Positions 1 through 11,904 of a stretch of DNA of 64,000 nt are shown piece after piece. The stretch covers positions 14,322,001-14,386,000 of the forward strand of contig CM102290.1 in NCBI GenBank assembly GCA_046563655.1, in the 5' to 3' direction. The translations under genes were made by a program, and so were the position numbers. The first letter of the stretch is position 1. Every line of letters starts with the position of its first letter. Source of the stretch: Yuukianura sp. NJ FZ-2021. Its lineage: Eukaryota. The notes under the pieces are model-generated. The model was not told the origin of the DNA and made no database searches. It saw nothing but the letters and a program-made list of their open reading frames with translations.

Positions 1-335
1 TATGCGTCTTGTACTCAAGGCTATTGAAGGAGAAGACTGCGTTGAAAAGACGCTGTGTGGCGTTGGGAAACTGGTCAAGAAGAAAGTGAAGAACGCCGAG
101 GGATACTTGAAGTAAGCTTGACCTCTGACCTCTAAGGTCAATGACCCCTGACCTCTAAGGTTAATGACCTCTGACCTTAAATTTTGAATTTTCGAAATTT
201 TGAACTTTCAGGGTCGTAGAAGAATTTGCTCCAAGTTCTGTGTCTACAACTGTTCACAAACTGCGCTCAATTATGAAAAAGGGAGACGAATGTACGAAAA
301 CCGTCGTTTGTGCAAAGAAAACCAAACAACAGTAA
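1..335 (+). CDS. 3' part of an unidentified protein-coding gene (exons <1-111, 212-335); Cys spacing loosely like arthropod DM4/DM12-type proteins
   Basis: Open frame MRLVLKAIEGEDCVEKTLCGVGKL... joins in phase across the GT-AG intron 112-211 to ...KGDECTKTVVCAKKTKQQ, stop TAA 333-335. The family guess rests only on the C-x5-C...C-x5-C pattern. Confidence 0.6.
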
Positions 336-1576
336 AAAAAATAATTTGAAGATGCAAAATCTTAGACACAAGGTTGTTCTAAAAAAAATTCTAAAAAATA
401 GGTGATTGAGGGACACTTTTTTAAAAAAAACCAAAACGCTAAAACGTGAGATTTTAATTAAAATTTTACTGACTTGGGCATAAGGACAACTAACAAAAAT
501 TGTGACAAAAAAACTGAAATGTCGCTTTACTTAACTAGACTTTTTCTGACTGTCCGTTTCCTGTAGTTAAAAAAAATGTGACTTTTTAAAAAAGTTTTAA
601 AATTTTGACTTTTTGAAAAGTCTACTTTGTACTTTATACGAATATAAACATACTGTATGCTAAGATTTTTAAAAACTATGTTTCAGACGGGACTAAAAAA
701 TGTTTTAGAGGTTATTTTAGGTGCTCCAAGCAGGTATGACCTTTGACCTTACAAATATCAAAATACGAATATTTTCAAAAAAAAAAGTTGACAAATTTTG
801 ACAACATTTTTTGAAAATGTGAAATTTTTTGAACGTAAACTTAACCAAAGCGTGGAATGTTAACAGCTTTAATATTTTTTGATAATATTCGACAGTGTGC
901 GCCGCTCAAACGACAAATCGGATTCTAAGAATATTTTTTTGCTTAAATCCCAATTACACCTCAATTATTTTGTTAACTTTGTTATGGCCAGGCGGCATTG
1001 TTGTAACGCAAAAAAAAATTGTTATGTTTTAACTTACTAAAAAATGTTCAAGTAACATCATGTTCAAGGGGATATTATTACTTTGTTTAATTATGTTTAA
1101 GTAATATACACAAAAACAAGAAATTGAATAAAAAACAACGTTGTAAAAAATCAAAGTTGCTGCAACTTTTCCAAAAAAAAAACGTTTCTTAATGAAAAAC
1201 TTCTTTTTTTTTCATAAAAAAGTAAATGATAGAAAGTGGGGCCGTGAGAAGTGTTATTAATCCGATTCCTGAGGACATCCTGTTTTCTTTAAAAAGTAGA
1301 TCTATGTCCTCAATCCTCATTAACCTATTGGTTAAATTACTCTACTTTTCTCAATTACAAAAACTATTTTTTTTTTCAAACTACCAACAAGTTCCTTCAG
1401 AAACTTAGTTTCAGGCAAGAATATTAAAAAAAAAAGTTTTAAACTCTATTTTGTTTAAATTTTAAATACTTCTGCCACCTCTGATTTAGTCTACTACCAC
1501 TGTAAACCATCTAAAGTTGCAACTCGATCCTGATTGGTTAATTTGGCGCAAATCATAAGCTTCCTCTCATCAAGAG

Positions 1577-1738
1577 CAGTGTTATCAACCTCTTTGACAT
1601 TTCGTCCAGTGGATATCCATTAGGTAATATAAATATATTTCATCCGGTTTTATCTGGCAGAAATGGCTGGATAAAATGGATACTTCCACCTAATTTGATG
1701 TAGGTGGCAGAGATATTTTATATAATCCAACAACACTG
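1577..1738. mobile_element. Diverged copy of a ~155-bp MITE (same family as 56757-56908)
   Basis: Shares the internal tract atatatttcatccggttttatc.gg.agaaatggctggataaaatg..t.cttccaccta.tttgatgtaggtgg and ends CAGTGTT...AACACTG with the 56757 copy. Left TIR is decayed and no TSD is visible. Confidence 0.8.
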
Positions 1739-1942
1739 CACCATCCAAACCGTCAGCAGTTGGTCCCTCCAGAGACTTTCGGTTTTACGGTATTCCACCG
1801 AGAAAAAAAAGTTGCAATTTGAGAGGGTTTACTGTATCAAAATTTTGAAAAAATGAATGTCAACTGGAAAGAAAGTTAGAAATTAAGCAACTTGACGAAC
1901 GCAAGGAATTTATTTATCCATAAACTGAGTAAAAGAAAAGGA

Positions 1943-3000
1943 TTAGCGCTTCCTGTGGAGTTGGAGGCGTTCTCGTCGGAGCCAAGCGGCGTGTCGACTG
2001 CCACCGATCGTCTGTGTGTAGCGGTGTCCCTTCCCAATTCCACGGCTCTTCTTGTTGGCAGCAGTTTTACCACGGAGTTCACGGTGCTTGTGAACGGCGT
2101 TACAAATCCAGTTGATCTTGGCGTCACGTCGGATGGCCTACGGTCAAACACAAGTCAAATTAGTAATCGTCCAGAAAGCAGTGATAGGATTTTAGATTTT
2201 AGGAAAGAATCAGTAGACGTTAGGGAATAGTTTATCTTCACCATTGTCAGAGTGGTGCATGCCCAGTCATCATTTGAACTAAAACAAGAATCAACTAATT
2301 AGTTCAATTACCTTGTGGAAGGTATCGACGAGGATCACTTCGTAGTATTTGTAAGAAGAGTCCTGAGCCACCCAGTAGGAGTTTAGTACTCGAAGACCAC
2401 CGAGACGTTTGCCGAGACGGCCCTGCAAGGAACGAAAACAAAACGTAAGTTCATATTCTCTCGGGTCAAAGGTCAACCTTAAATTGGGGCTGGTTAGGAA
2501 TTGTCAGACATCCAAGGAAGAAAAGTCATCAACATGAGTACAGTGAAGTTGAATGTTGTCATCATTGGCAGTACAAAATTCGATTTAGATTCGAAATAGA
2601 TTCGATTCGAATTACCTCTGCAATGGCTTGATGGTTTCGGACAGGCTTCAGTTGGTTGACTCCATGCCCCTTGGGTTTGCCGTAGGTACATCCCTTAGGT
2701 ACTGGACGTTTCCTACCACCACGGCGGATACGGATGCGATAGATAACAAATCCTAGAATCCAAACCAGACAATTAGTTTAACCCCAACAAAACGATAGAT
2801 TGGTTTGAACAAAACGATAGATTCGTACCCTGTTTACATTTGAATCCCAACCTCCTTGCCTTGTCTGGCCTTGAGGGTCTGGGAACACGAACAATTTTGT
2901 TCAGTTGTCGGTATTGCCAGCAGCGAATACGGAGGAGATATCGCATAACATCGCTCTGCTTCTTTCTGTACAACTCCTGGACATACTTATAGGCTCCCAT
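1943..3000 (-). CDS. RPL15: 60S ribosomal protein L15 (eL15); exons 3000-2829, 2752-2616, 2422-2312, 2137-1943
   Basis: Spliced CDS is 615 nt = 204 aa: [32 protein letters not shown]...[17 protein letters not shown]...[24 protein letters not shown]...HKHRELRG...LQLHRKR*. All introns are GT-AG. Confidence 0.98.
2206..2278 (-). ncRNA. Intronic box C/D snoRNA; D' guide predicts 18S Gm1328 (human numbering; SNORD32/snR40-type site)
   Basis: Minus strand: box C ATGATGA (2273-2267), guide CATGCACCACT plus D' CTGA (2250-2247), C'-like GTGAAGA, box D CTGA (2213-2210). The guide complements conserved 18S GGUGGUGCAUG. Confidence 0.8.
2500..2570 (-). ncRNA. Intronic box C/D snoRNA, U14/SNORD14-like (18S Cm462 human / Cm414 yeast guide)
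   Basis: Minus strand: box C ATGATGA (2565-2559), C' TTGATGA, and 3' end CTTCCTTGGATGT-CTGA. This is the U14 domain B plus box D, complementary to 18S ACAUCCAAGGAAG. Confidence 0.88.
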
Positions 3001-3178
3001 CCTACCAACAAAACAAAAAAAGTCAACTTTTAGTACAGATACAAATGACCCAACACAACTACCGGTTCACCGGTCACTCAATTCTGCCAGTTTCAAATTG
3101 TTTGTTAAAAGTAATACACCAATGGGTGGATGATTAACACTCAACAAGGTGAGTAGTTGGTTAATCGTTGCTTCTTAC

Positions 3179-3225
3179 CTTAATTAATTAATTGAGGACG
3201 AGGGTTAACTAACGATGGAAAGAAG
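3179..3225 (-). promoter_or_regulatory. RPL15 non-coding first exon with TCT/5'TOP-type pyrimidine initiator
   Basis: Minus strand CTTCTTTCC at 3225-3217, GTAAG donor at 3178, and an acceptor at 3003-3002 one base before the ATG. Confidence 0.65.
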
Positions 3226-4068
3226 ATTCCTGGCAGAAGGAAATGGTGTTCCACGCTGCTTGGACCATCGACTGGGCAAACTACACACACAGAAGGAGCC
3301 TCTTTCCACGCCGCATCAAAGCAGCATCAAGAGAGGGAGCTTCCCACATTTTTTACATGCAAAATACATGTGTTATCCACATGAAACATGTGGTAAGTTC
3401 GGAAACAGCTTTTGGGGATGGTTGAAGTAGGGACAGAGCTAAATTGGTATAACAGTGTAATTGCATAAATACAAATAAGGTTCAGAACCTTAATGACACA
3501 TTAGTTAAGATACTTTAAAACAATTTTAATATGTTAAAGAGTCATAAAAACGTTTGTAACTGAACATTTAACGAAACAATTAGTTATTTGTCCAAGCCGG
3601 GTACAATGTGAACAGCTTGTTAGAGTCAACCACATAAAAATGAAAAAACCTTTTTCACTTCTTCGGGCCTCGATCACAGTGGTGTATTTCATTGCCGCCA
3701 GCCGCACCCGTATTTTGTACTGCTTCAAAATATAATCAAATTTAGTACTATCAAGGTTAGTTAGAAGTGTTAATTGAAGTAATTAAAGATTATTGTTTAA
3801 TTACTTCAGTATATCTAAACGTCTAATTTACCTTCCCAGTTCATAGCTAAAACTTAAAATTTTGTTTGCGATTTTCAAAGGTGCGGGAACATAGTACGCG
3901 CCCTATTCTTGGCGGGAGAGCATGACATTCGAAAAATGTGATTAATTTTTTTTTTAGAAACAAAATCAAAACAAACGATTTTCATCGATTTTGTCATTTT
4001 ATCATTTTCTACTTCACCAATCTCTTCTTCTTTTTGTAATTTTAATTACTAATTGACATTTAACTACA

Positions 4069-4975
4069 ATGAGTACTGCTCCAGGAACTCTTCCAGGTAC
4101 AGCAGTTGCTGGTACTACGGCTGCCCCCGTTCCAGGTACGACCGGCTCTGTACCTTCTACGGCTACCGCCACCGCTACTCCCCAAACAGCGTCCATGAAC
4201 TTTCGTCAGCTGGAAGATCTCTGTAAGAAGTACCAGAATCAAGTTCGTGACCAAGAGAAGGAGTTCCTTGACCTCGCAACCAAGGTCAACTACTGGGACA
4301 GAGCTCTCCAGTCAAATTCTGATAAGGTAGACCACTATAACTTAAATTCTCATTAGGATTCTGTGTAATTGTTGGATTTTGTGTGTAGATTCTCAAGATG
4401 AACGAGTCCATGAAGGTTGTGAAGAGGGATCACGAGAAGATGCTGAACTTGATCGACACGATCAAAGGTCATCAGAAGGACTACGAAGCACTGATTGAGC
4501 ATATCGAAGCTCATATGCCAGAACCAACCACTCCGACCATCAAGGAACGTGTGGATTTGTAAGTGATAGCAATTAGAAGATTGCATAAATTGAAATTACA
4601 ACATAGTTCTTAGTAATTTGGTGTGGCTTTAGCTATGGATCTGTGGAAAATGTCCAAGTAACCTTGCAACAAGTAACGGAAACTCTGAAGGAGATCGTGC
4701 GTCTAGCAAATGCTTCGAACAAAATGAACGACAGGAATGATCCGGTAATTGGAATGATACAAACTTGCTATAGTTCCTGAATTACCAATGAATTACTGAA
4801 CTACTTTCAGGTCTCCCAAATTATTCGTATTCTGAACGAGCATACTGACACTCTCCAATGGATCGATTCTGCTACTGAAGGAATCAACGATGGTCTCCAG
4901 AACGTGTCCAAGATGCACCAAGTATTTCGTCGTGACCATGAACGCTCCCTTCGCCTCATGTTCAAACCAACCTAA
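4069..4975 (+). CDS. Nup62/Nsp1 C-terminal coiled-coil protein lacking FG repeats (234 aa); exons 4069-4326, 4389-4558, 4633-4744, 4811-4975
   Basis: Spliced 705 nt. MNFRQLEDLCKKYQNQVRDQEKEFLDLATKVNYWDRAL and DPVSQIIRILNEHTDTLQWID...RRDHERSLRLMF match the Nup62 C-terminal region. The N-terminus is only a ~42-aa T/A/P/G linker. Confidence 0.85.
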
Positions 4976-5239
4976 ATTCTTTGTACATTTGACTTTCATA
5001 ATTTATGATTAAAATGCATTCAAGATTCAATTGAACGTTTTTGCGATGGAACTCATAAAAAATAAACAAGTTTACTACGCAAGTCGACGAAACTGTACAA
5101 CACAAAGGTTCCGTTTTCTTATTCATAAGCTGAGATCAACTATTTCCAAGGTTTGTTTATAATTAACTTTATCTTTAAATAAACTTCTCTCTATTTAGTG
5201 CTGGATGAGTGCCAATCCGTACAACTGAAGGAAGTTGTT

Positions 5240-5473
5240 TCATCTTCTGAACTTTGACATTTTGAGATTCCAGTTCTTGAGTCCAGTGTAGATTTGTCGA
5301 CGGGTCATCCAAACCAGTACGCCTAAGCATACGGACCCTGCTGCACCGTACATGACTCCTCTCCGGTACACTTCTCTAGAAATTTCATTGATCATCCACT
5401 GAGCCGAGTCAATAGTTCCAAGACGTCCGATGGTCTGGCCATTCACCTTGTCACTGCCGTCGTCCACCATCAT
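5240..5473 (-). CDS. Small (77 aa) putative single-pass membrane protein, unknown family
   Basis: ATG 5473 follows a TAG acceptor at 5494-5493. Hydrophobic stretch GVMYGAAGSVCLGVLVWM is followed by a basic tail, and GC content is coding-like. No recognised homology. Confidence 0.45.
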   Translation of the reverse strand: MMVDDGSDKVNGQTIGRLGTIDSAQWMINEISREVYRRGVMYGAAGSVCLGVLVWMTRRQIYTGLKNWNLKMSKFRR

Positions 5474-6714
5474 AAACGTTAGTCGATTCGACCTACTACA
5501 TAAAGATGCATGAATTTGACATATATCGTCATAACTAACACTTAACAACTATAAGTTCAAAGGGTAAGCGGTTTATGCATGGACAGCAAAGTCAAAACGT
5601 CATGATAACGTACAGGAGGGAAGGCCAAGTGACGAAGGTTCTCTCCTTGGCTGTTGGTTTTTGAGCTGAAGTTATGTTGACCACCAAGTGTAGCCAACTA
5701 CGTCAGCGTTACGTCAGCAATTGTTTTGGTTACGTAAGAGATTTAACTTGTTTCCTCTCTGTTTATACAATGCGGTTGTCCATCCTTTTCCTTACTACGT
5801 TCACTCGCTCACATGATTCCTGTCGTTTCTTGTCCTAAAAAAAATGATAACGTTGATCACACGCATGGTTAACGTAATTATTCAAACGTAGGGTGAATTA
5901 TAAAATGAGTTATCAAAATATTATGATTATTACCTAACAAAAACTGTAATACAGCAGTTTTGTTTCTCGGGACAGTGACAGGATACACTAAGCTTAGATT
6001 GCGATTGGTATGGATGATTGTTGAATGACGAATTTAATTAACAATTGAATTGAAATGGAAGATAACTGTTGATTATTGTCAGCTGATTTCCTTTGTTTTC
6101 AATCGGTGTCCATTTGGAGTTAACTATCGCTTTCTCCCATAGTTAACTATGGGACTTTCACCCTATTTTCAATATAAGTGTTACCATAAAGCCGAAGCAA
6201 TGCAAAATCGCATATGGGCATCAATTTTTTTTTCTAAATTGCCTGAATTAGTTAAAATTTTAATGTTATGTTAACTAACCTAATTAACTAATTACTAGAA
6301 GGAACAGGAGTTTGTGCTGCTGGAAATTTGCTACAAAAATTGCAGTGGATACCTGGCATTTAAAATAAAATAAAACCAGAAATGTGAAAAGTGTTAATAA
6401 TTACATTTTGTAATAATTTAAATAAATTAAAAACTTAGTTTTTCTTTCCCAATTTTAAAACGGAAGCAACACAGCACCAAGAAAAAAAGGACAACCAAGA
6501 TTCCAACTCCAAAAATCCACCACCTAAAAAAAGTTTGCATGTAATTTGACAAAAAAGTGAACCTCGAAACATAATCAGTATTTCAAACTTTTAAAAAACC
6601 AAACACCGCGCCTTAGGCGCGGAAAACTAGAAACACAATTCAATGAGCCCAGGATATCGAATTTGAATTGAATTAGTGGTGGTTGGTCCTTCCAGTAGAT
6701 CACTACGACTTTTT

Positions 6715-9700
6715 AAAAACATCGACTTTTTCTGGAGTTTACAACCTCGGAGAAAATGTTAAACGCCTAAACCTACCTCGGAGAGAGTACCCACGGGAAG
6801 GTACCCTTCTGGGGTACCTTTGTTGAAAATTTCGAAATTTTGACTTGAAGGGCGTGGCCAATACTTAAGTTTTTCTCAAAAACATCGACTTTTTCTGGAG
6901 TTTACAACCTCGGAGAAAATGTTAAACGCCTAAACCTACCTCGGAGAGAGTACCCACGGGAAGGTACCCTTCTGGGGTACCTTTGTTGAAAATTTCGAAA
7001 TTTTGACTTGAAGGGCGTGGCCAATACTTAAGTTTTTTTCAAAAACATCGACTTTTTCTGGAGTTTACAACCTCGGAGAAAATGTTAAACGCCTAAACCT
7101 ACCTCGGAGACAGTACCCACGAGAAGGTACCCCCCTGGGGTACCTTTGTTGAAAATTTCAAAATTTTGACTTGAAGGGCGTGGCCAGCACTTAAGTTTTT
7201 TTTCAAAAACATCGACTTTTTCTGGAGTTTACAACCTCGGAGAAAATGTTAAACGCCTAAACCTACCTCGGAGAGAGTACCCACGGGAAGGTACCCTTCT
7301 GGGGTACCTTTGTTGAAAATTTCGAAATTTTGACTTGAAGGGCGTGGCCAATACTTAAGTTTTTTTCAAAAACATCGACTTTTTCTGGAGTTTACAACCT
7401 CGGAGAAAATGTTAAACGCCTAAACCTACCTCGGAGACAGTACCCACGAGAAGGTACCCCCTTGGGGTACCCAAGTAAAAAATTTCAAAATTTTGACTTG
7501 AAGGGCGTGGCCAGCACTTAAGTTTTTTCAAAAACATCGACTTTTTCTGTAGTTTACAACCTCGGAGAAAATGTTAATCGCCTAAACCTACCTCGGAGAG
7601 AGTACCCACGGAAAGGTACCCCCCTGGGGTACCTTTGTTGAAAATTTCAAAATTTTGACTTGAAGGGCGTGGCCAGCACTTAAGTTTTTTTCAAAAACAT
7701 CGACTTTTTCTGTAGTTTACAACCTCGGAGAAAATGTTAATCGCCTAAACCTACCTCGGAGAGAGTACCCACGGAAAGGTACCCCCCTGGGGTACCTTTG
7801 TTGAAAATTTCGAAATTTTGACTTGAAGGGCGTGGCCAGCACTTAAGTTTTTTCAAAAACATCGACTTTTTCTGTAGTTTACAACCTCGGAGAAAATGTT
7901 AATCGCCTAAACCTACCTCGGAGAGAGTACCCACGGAAAGGTACCCCCCTGGGGTACCTTTGTTGAAAATTTCAAAATTTTGACTTGAAGGGCGTGGCCA
8001 GCACTTAAGTTTTTTTCAAAAACATCGACTTTTTCTGGAGTTTACAACCTCGGAGAAAATGTTAATCGCCTAAACCTACCTCGGAGAGAGTACCCACGGA
8101 AAGGTACCCTTCTGGGGTACCTTTGTTGAAAATTTCGAAATTTTGACTTGAAGGGCGTGGCCAATACTTAAGTTTTTCTCAAAAACATCGACTTTTTCTG
8201 GAGTTTACAACCTCGGAGAAAATGTTAAACGCCTAAACCTACCTCGGAGAGAGTACCCACGGGAAGGTACCCTTCTGGGGTACCTTTGTTGAAAATTTCG
8301 AAATTTTGACTTGAAGGGCGTGGCCAATACTTAAGTTTTTTTCAAAAACATCGACTTTTTCTGGAGTTTACAACCTCGGAGAAAATGTTAAACGCCTAAA
8401 CCTACCTCGGAGACAGTACCCACGAGAAGGTACCCCCCTGGGGTACCTTTGTTGAAAATTTCAAAATTTTGACTTGAAGGGCGTGGCCAGCACTTAAGTT
8501 TTTTTTCAAAAACATCGACTTTTTCTGGAGTTTACAACCTCGGAGAAAATGTTAAACGCCTAAACCTACCTCGGAGACAGTACCCACGAGAAGGTACCCC
8601 CTTGGGGTACCCAAGTAAAAAATTTCAAAATTTTGACTTGAAGGGCGTGGCCAGCACTTAAGTTTTTTTCAAAAACATCGACTTTTTCTGTAGTTTACAA
8701 CCTCGGAGAAAATGTTAATCGCCTAAACCTACCTCGGAGAGAGTACCCACGGAAAGGTACCCCCCTGGGGTACCTTTGTTGAAAATTTCAAAATTTTGAC
8801 TTGAAGGGCGTGGCCAGCACTTAAGTTTTTTTCAAAAACATCGACTTTTTCTGTAGTTTACAACCTCGGAGAAAATGTTAATCGCATAAACCTACCTCGG
8901 AGAAAGTACCCACGAGAAAGTACCCCCTTGGGATACCCAAGTAACAAATTTCGAAATTTTCAATTGAAGGGCGTGGCCATCACTTAAGTTTTTTTTTTCA
9001 AAAACATCGACTTTTTCTGTAGTTTACAACCTCGGAGAAAATGTTAATCGCCTAAACCTACCTCGGAGAGAGTACCCACGGAAAGGTACCCCCCTGGGGT
9101 ACCTTTGTTGAAAATTTCAAAATTTTGACTTGAAGGGCGTGGCCAGCACTTAAGTTTTTTTCAAAAACATCGACTTTTTCTGTAGTTTACAACCTCGGAG
9201 AAAATGTTAATCGCATAAACCTACCTCGGAGAGAGTACCCACGAGAAGGTACCCCCTTGGGGTACCCAAGTAAAAAATTTCAAAATTTTGACTTGAAGGG
9301 CGTGGCCAGCACTTAAGTTTTTTTCAAAAACATCGACTTTTTCTGCAGTTTACAACCTCGGACAAAATGTTAAACGCCTAAACCTACCTCGGAGAAAGTA
9401 CCCACGAGAAAGTACCCCCTTGGGATACCCAAGTAACAAATTTCGAAATTTTCAATTGAAGGGCGTGGCCATCACTTAAGTTTTTTTTTCAAAAACATCG
9501 ACTTTTTCTGGAGTTTACAACCTCGGAGAAAATGTTAATCACCTAAACGTACCTCGGAGAGAGTACCCACGGAAAGGTACCCCCCTGGGGTACCTTTGTT
9601 GAAAATTTCGAAATTTTGACTTGAAGGGCGTGGCCAGCACTTAAGTTTTTTTCAAAAACATCGACTTTTTCTGTAGTTTACAACCTCGGAGAAAATGTTA

Positions 9701-10323
9701 ATCGCCTAAACCTACCTCGGAGAGAGTACCCACGGAAAGGTACCCCCCTGGGGTACCTTTGTTGAAAATTTCAAAATTTTGACTTGAAGGGCGTGGCCAG
9801 CACTTAAGTTTTTTTCAAAAACATCGACTTTTTCTGTAGTTTACAACCTCGGAGAAAATGTTAATCGCATAAACCTACCTCGGAGAGAGTACCCACGAGA
9901 AGGTACCCCCTTGGGGTACCCAAGTAAAAAATTTCAAAATTTTGACTTGAAGGGCGTGGCCAGCACTTAAGTTTTTTTCAAAAACATCGACTTTTTCTGC
10001 AGTTTACAACCTCGGACAAAATGTTAAACGCCTAAACCTACCTCGGAGAAAGTACCCACGAGAAAGTACCCCCTTGGGATACCCAAGTAACAAATTTCGA
10101 AATTTTCAATTGAAGGGCGTGGCCATCACTTAAGTTTTTTTTTTCAAAAACATCGACTTTTTCTGGAGTTTACAACCTCGGAGAAAATGTTAATCACCTA
10201 AACGTACCTCGGAGAGAGTACCCACGGAAAGGTACCCCCCTGGGGTACCTTTGTTGAAAATTTCGAAATTTTGACTTGAAGGGCGCGGCCAGCATTTAAG
10301 TTTTTTTCAAAAACATCGACTTT
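6715..10323 (+). repeat. 163-bp tandem satellite, ~22 copies
   Basis: ATCGACTTTT recurs at 6721, 6884, 7047 and onward. The unit has two ACCTCGGAGA, an AAGGTACC...GGTACCTT hairpin, the palindrome AAATTTCGAAATTT and GGGCGTGGCC. Confidence 0.97.
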
Positions 10324-10333
10324 ATTATTATTA

Positions 10334-10374
10334 TTAAGTAGCGAAAGTATGAGCTACTTTATGGTTTTCCCCGA

Positions 10375-10408
<34 letters not shown>

Positions 10409-11630
10409 CTGTCTGCTGGTCAAGCTAGCTCTGGAACCGCTGGACCGATTCTCAATCTGTCTTGACAGATGAACTTGGCATGGTCTCAGGGTGAACAATC
10501 GGTGACCCGTTTGACCGGAGGTAGACCCCTTAAGGGTCAAAGGTCAAGGTCAAATGTATTTTTATGGGAAAACAGAAAAATGACCCCTACAAAAGTTATC
10601 CATCTCATCGATTCGAACAACTTTTGTATGGGTGACCTTGACCTTTGACCTGGGGTTCTGGAGTTATGGACCTTAGAATTTGCATAATGGCGTCTTTCAT
10701 TATATTCGCGTCTATAACTCGAGAACCACTGGACCGATTTTCAATCTGCTTTCACAGTTACACTTCACATGTTCCAGGGGCGTCTAATCGGTGTCCAGCT
10801 TGAGCGGAAGTTGTCCAGGTTCGGGTCAAAGGCCAACGTCAAATACATTTTTGACAGAAATCGGGAAAATGAACCGTACAAAAGTTATCCATCTCATCAA
10901 GACGAACAACTTTTGTATATGTGACCTTGACTTTGCTCTACGGTTACAGAGATTTGTTTTTTTTCCGAGTCTGTCTGTCGGTCTGTCCGTCTGCCTGTCT
11001 TCACTATAATATACCTCCGAAACCCCTTTACCGATGTGAAATCTGTCTGTTAGTGGCTCTGGTGGATTTCATAATTTGTCTTTGGTTGACATTGGAAGTC
11101 AACCAAGGGCAAATTATGAACTCATAAAAAAGAGTGAGACGTCAAGGCCAGGGTCAGTGTTGACTTTGAGAGGTCAGTGTTGACTCTGGCTGGAGACCCC
11201 ATTGGAGGAGTGTTGACTTTGCTGTGGACAAAGTTAACACTCCTCTTGGCCTTGACTGTGGACGCGTGTGGCGTTCACAGAGAGCCACACAGAGAGAACC
11301 AGATCGTGTCCAGCCACTGAGCCACCAACATCTCCTGTCTTTTCCTCCCGTGTGTGTGCGAGATCACAATTATTGTTAGTTTTTAAGATTTGAGCAAATA
11401 AAAGTGCTCATAAAATTGGATCCGCCGTGTTTTTCGCCATTTTGTTTCTTTTGACAATTGACAGCTCAGGTTAGGTCCTTCAAGTGACCAAGTCACAAAC
11501 ACTGTCTTCGTAAATCAGTTTGTCATTGGAGGTGACTACAACGACTCCGGTTTGACCGGAAGTACACAATTTTCGGGTTGTGCATTCTAGCTTCCTTTCG
11601 CTACTTACCTATGGCGTTAACAACGGTGTA
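10334..11630 (+). mobile_element. Complete non-autonomous Helentron/DINE-1-like element (HINE)
   Basis: 5' subTIR TAAGTAGCGAAAG (10335-10347) with nearby partial IR AGCTACTT; (GTCT)n at ~10374-10413; perfect 3' subTIR CTTTCGCTACTTA (11595-11607); small hairpin CGTTAACAACG; T/A-rich flanks with no TSD. Confidence 0.8.
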
Positions 11631-11900
11631 TTAAGTAGCGAAGTTTGAGCTACTTTATGTTTTTGTTTTCGTATGTGATAGAGTTCTCCGTCACATCCAT
11701 TCTAATATATGGTATGTGATAGCGTTCTTCGTCACATCCATTCTAATATATGGTATGTGATAGCGTTCTCCGTCACATCCATGCCAATATATGGTGTGTG
11801 ATAGGTCCTGAGTGCCCATCAAATGGTCATCTGCATTTTAAGCCCTAAAAATCTTTTTCCGTCGCGAATAAGTAAAAGTCAAAAGTTTCTTAACTTTGTT
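11631..11900 (+). mobile_element. 5' head of a second HINE, abutting the first and leading into the reverse 163-bp array
   Basis: TTAAGTAGCGAAG...AGCTACTTT, then three 41-bp repeats (11671, 11712, 11753). No matching 3' subTIR was found downstream. Confidence 0.65.
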
Positions 11901-11904
11901 GTCA

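Noticed and set aside
1876..2230. ORFs 1876-2151 (-) and 1892-2230 (+)
   Set aside because: Alternative-frame and antisense shadows of the last RPL15 exon.
3003..3178. Third snoRNA in the RPL15 first intron
   Set aside because: No box C/D pair and no convincing H/ACA layout was visible.
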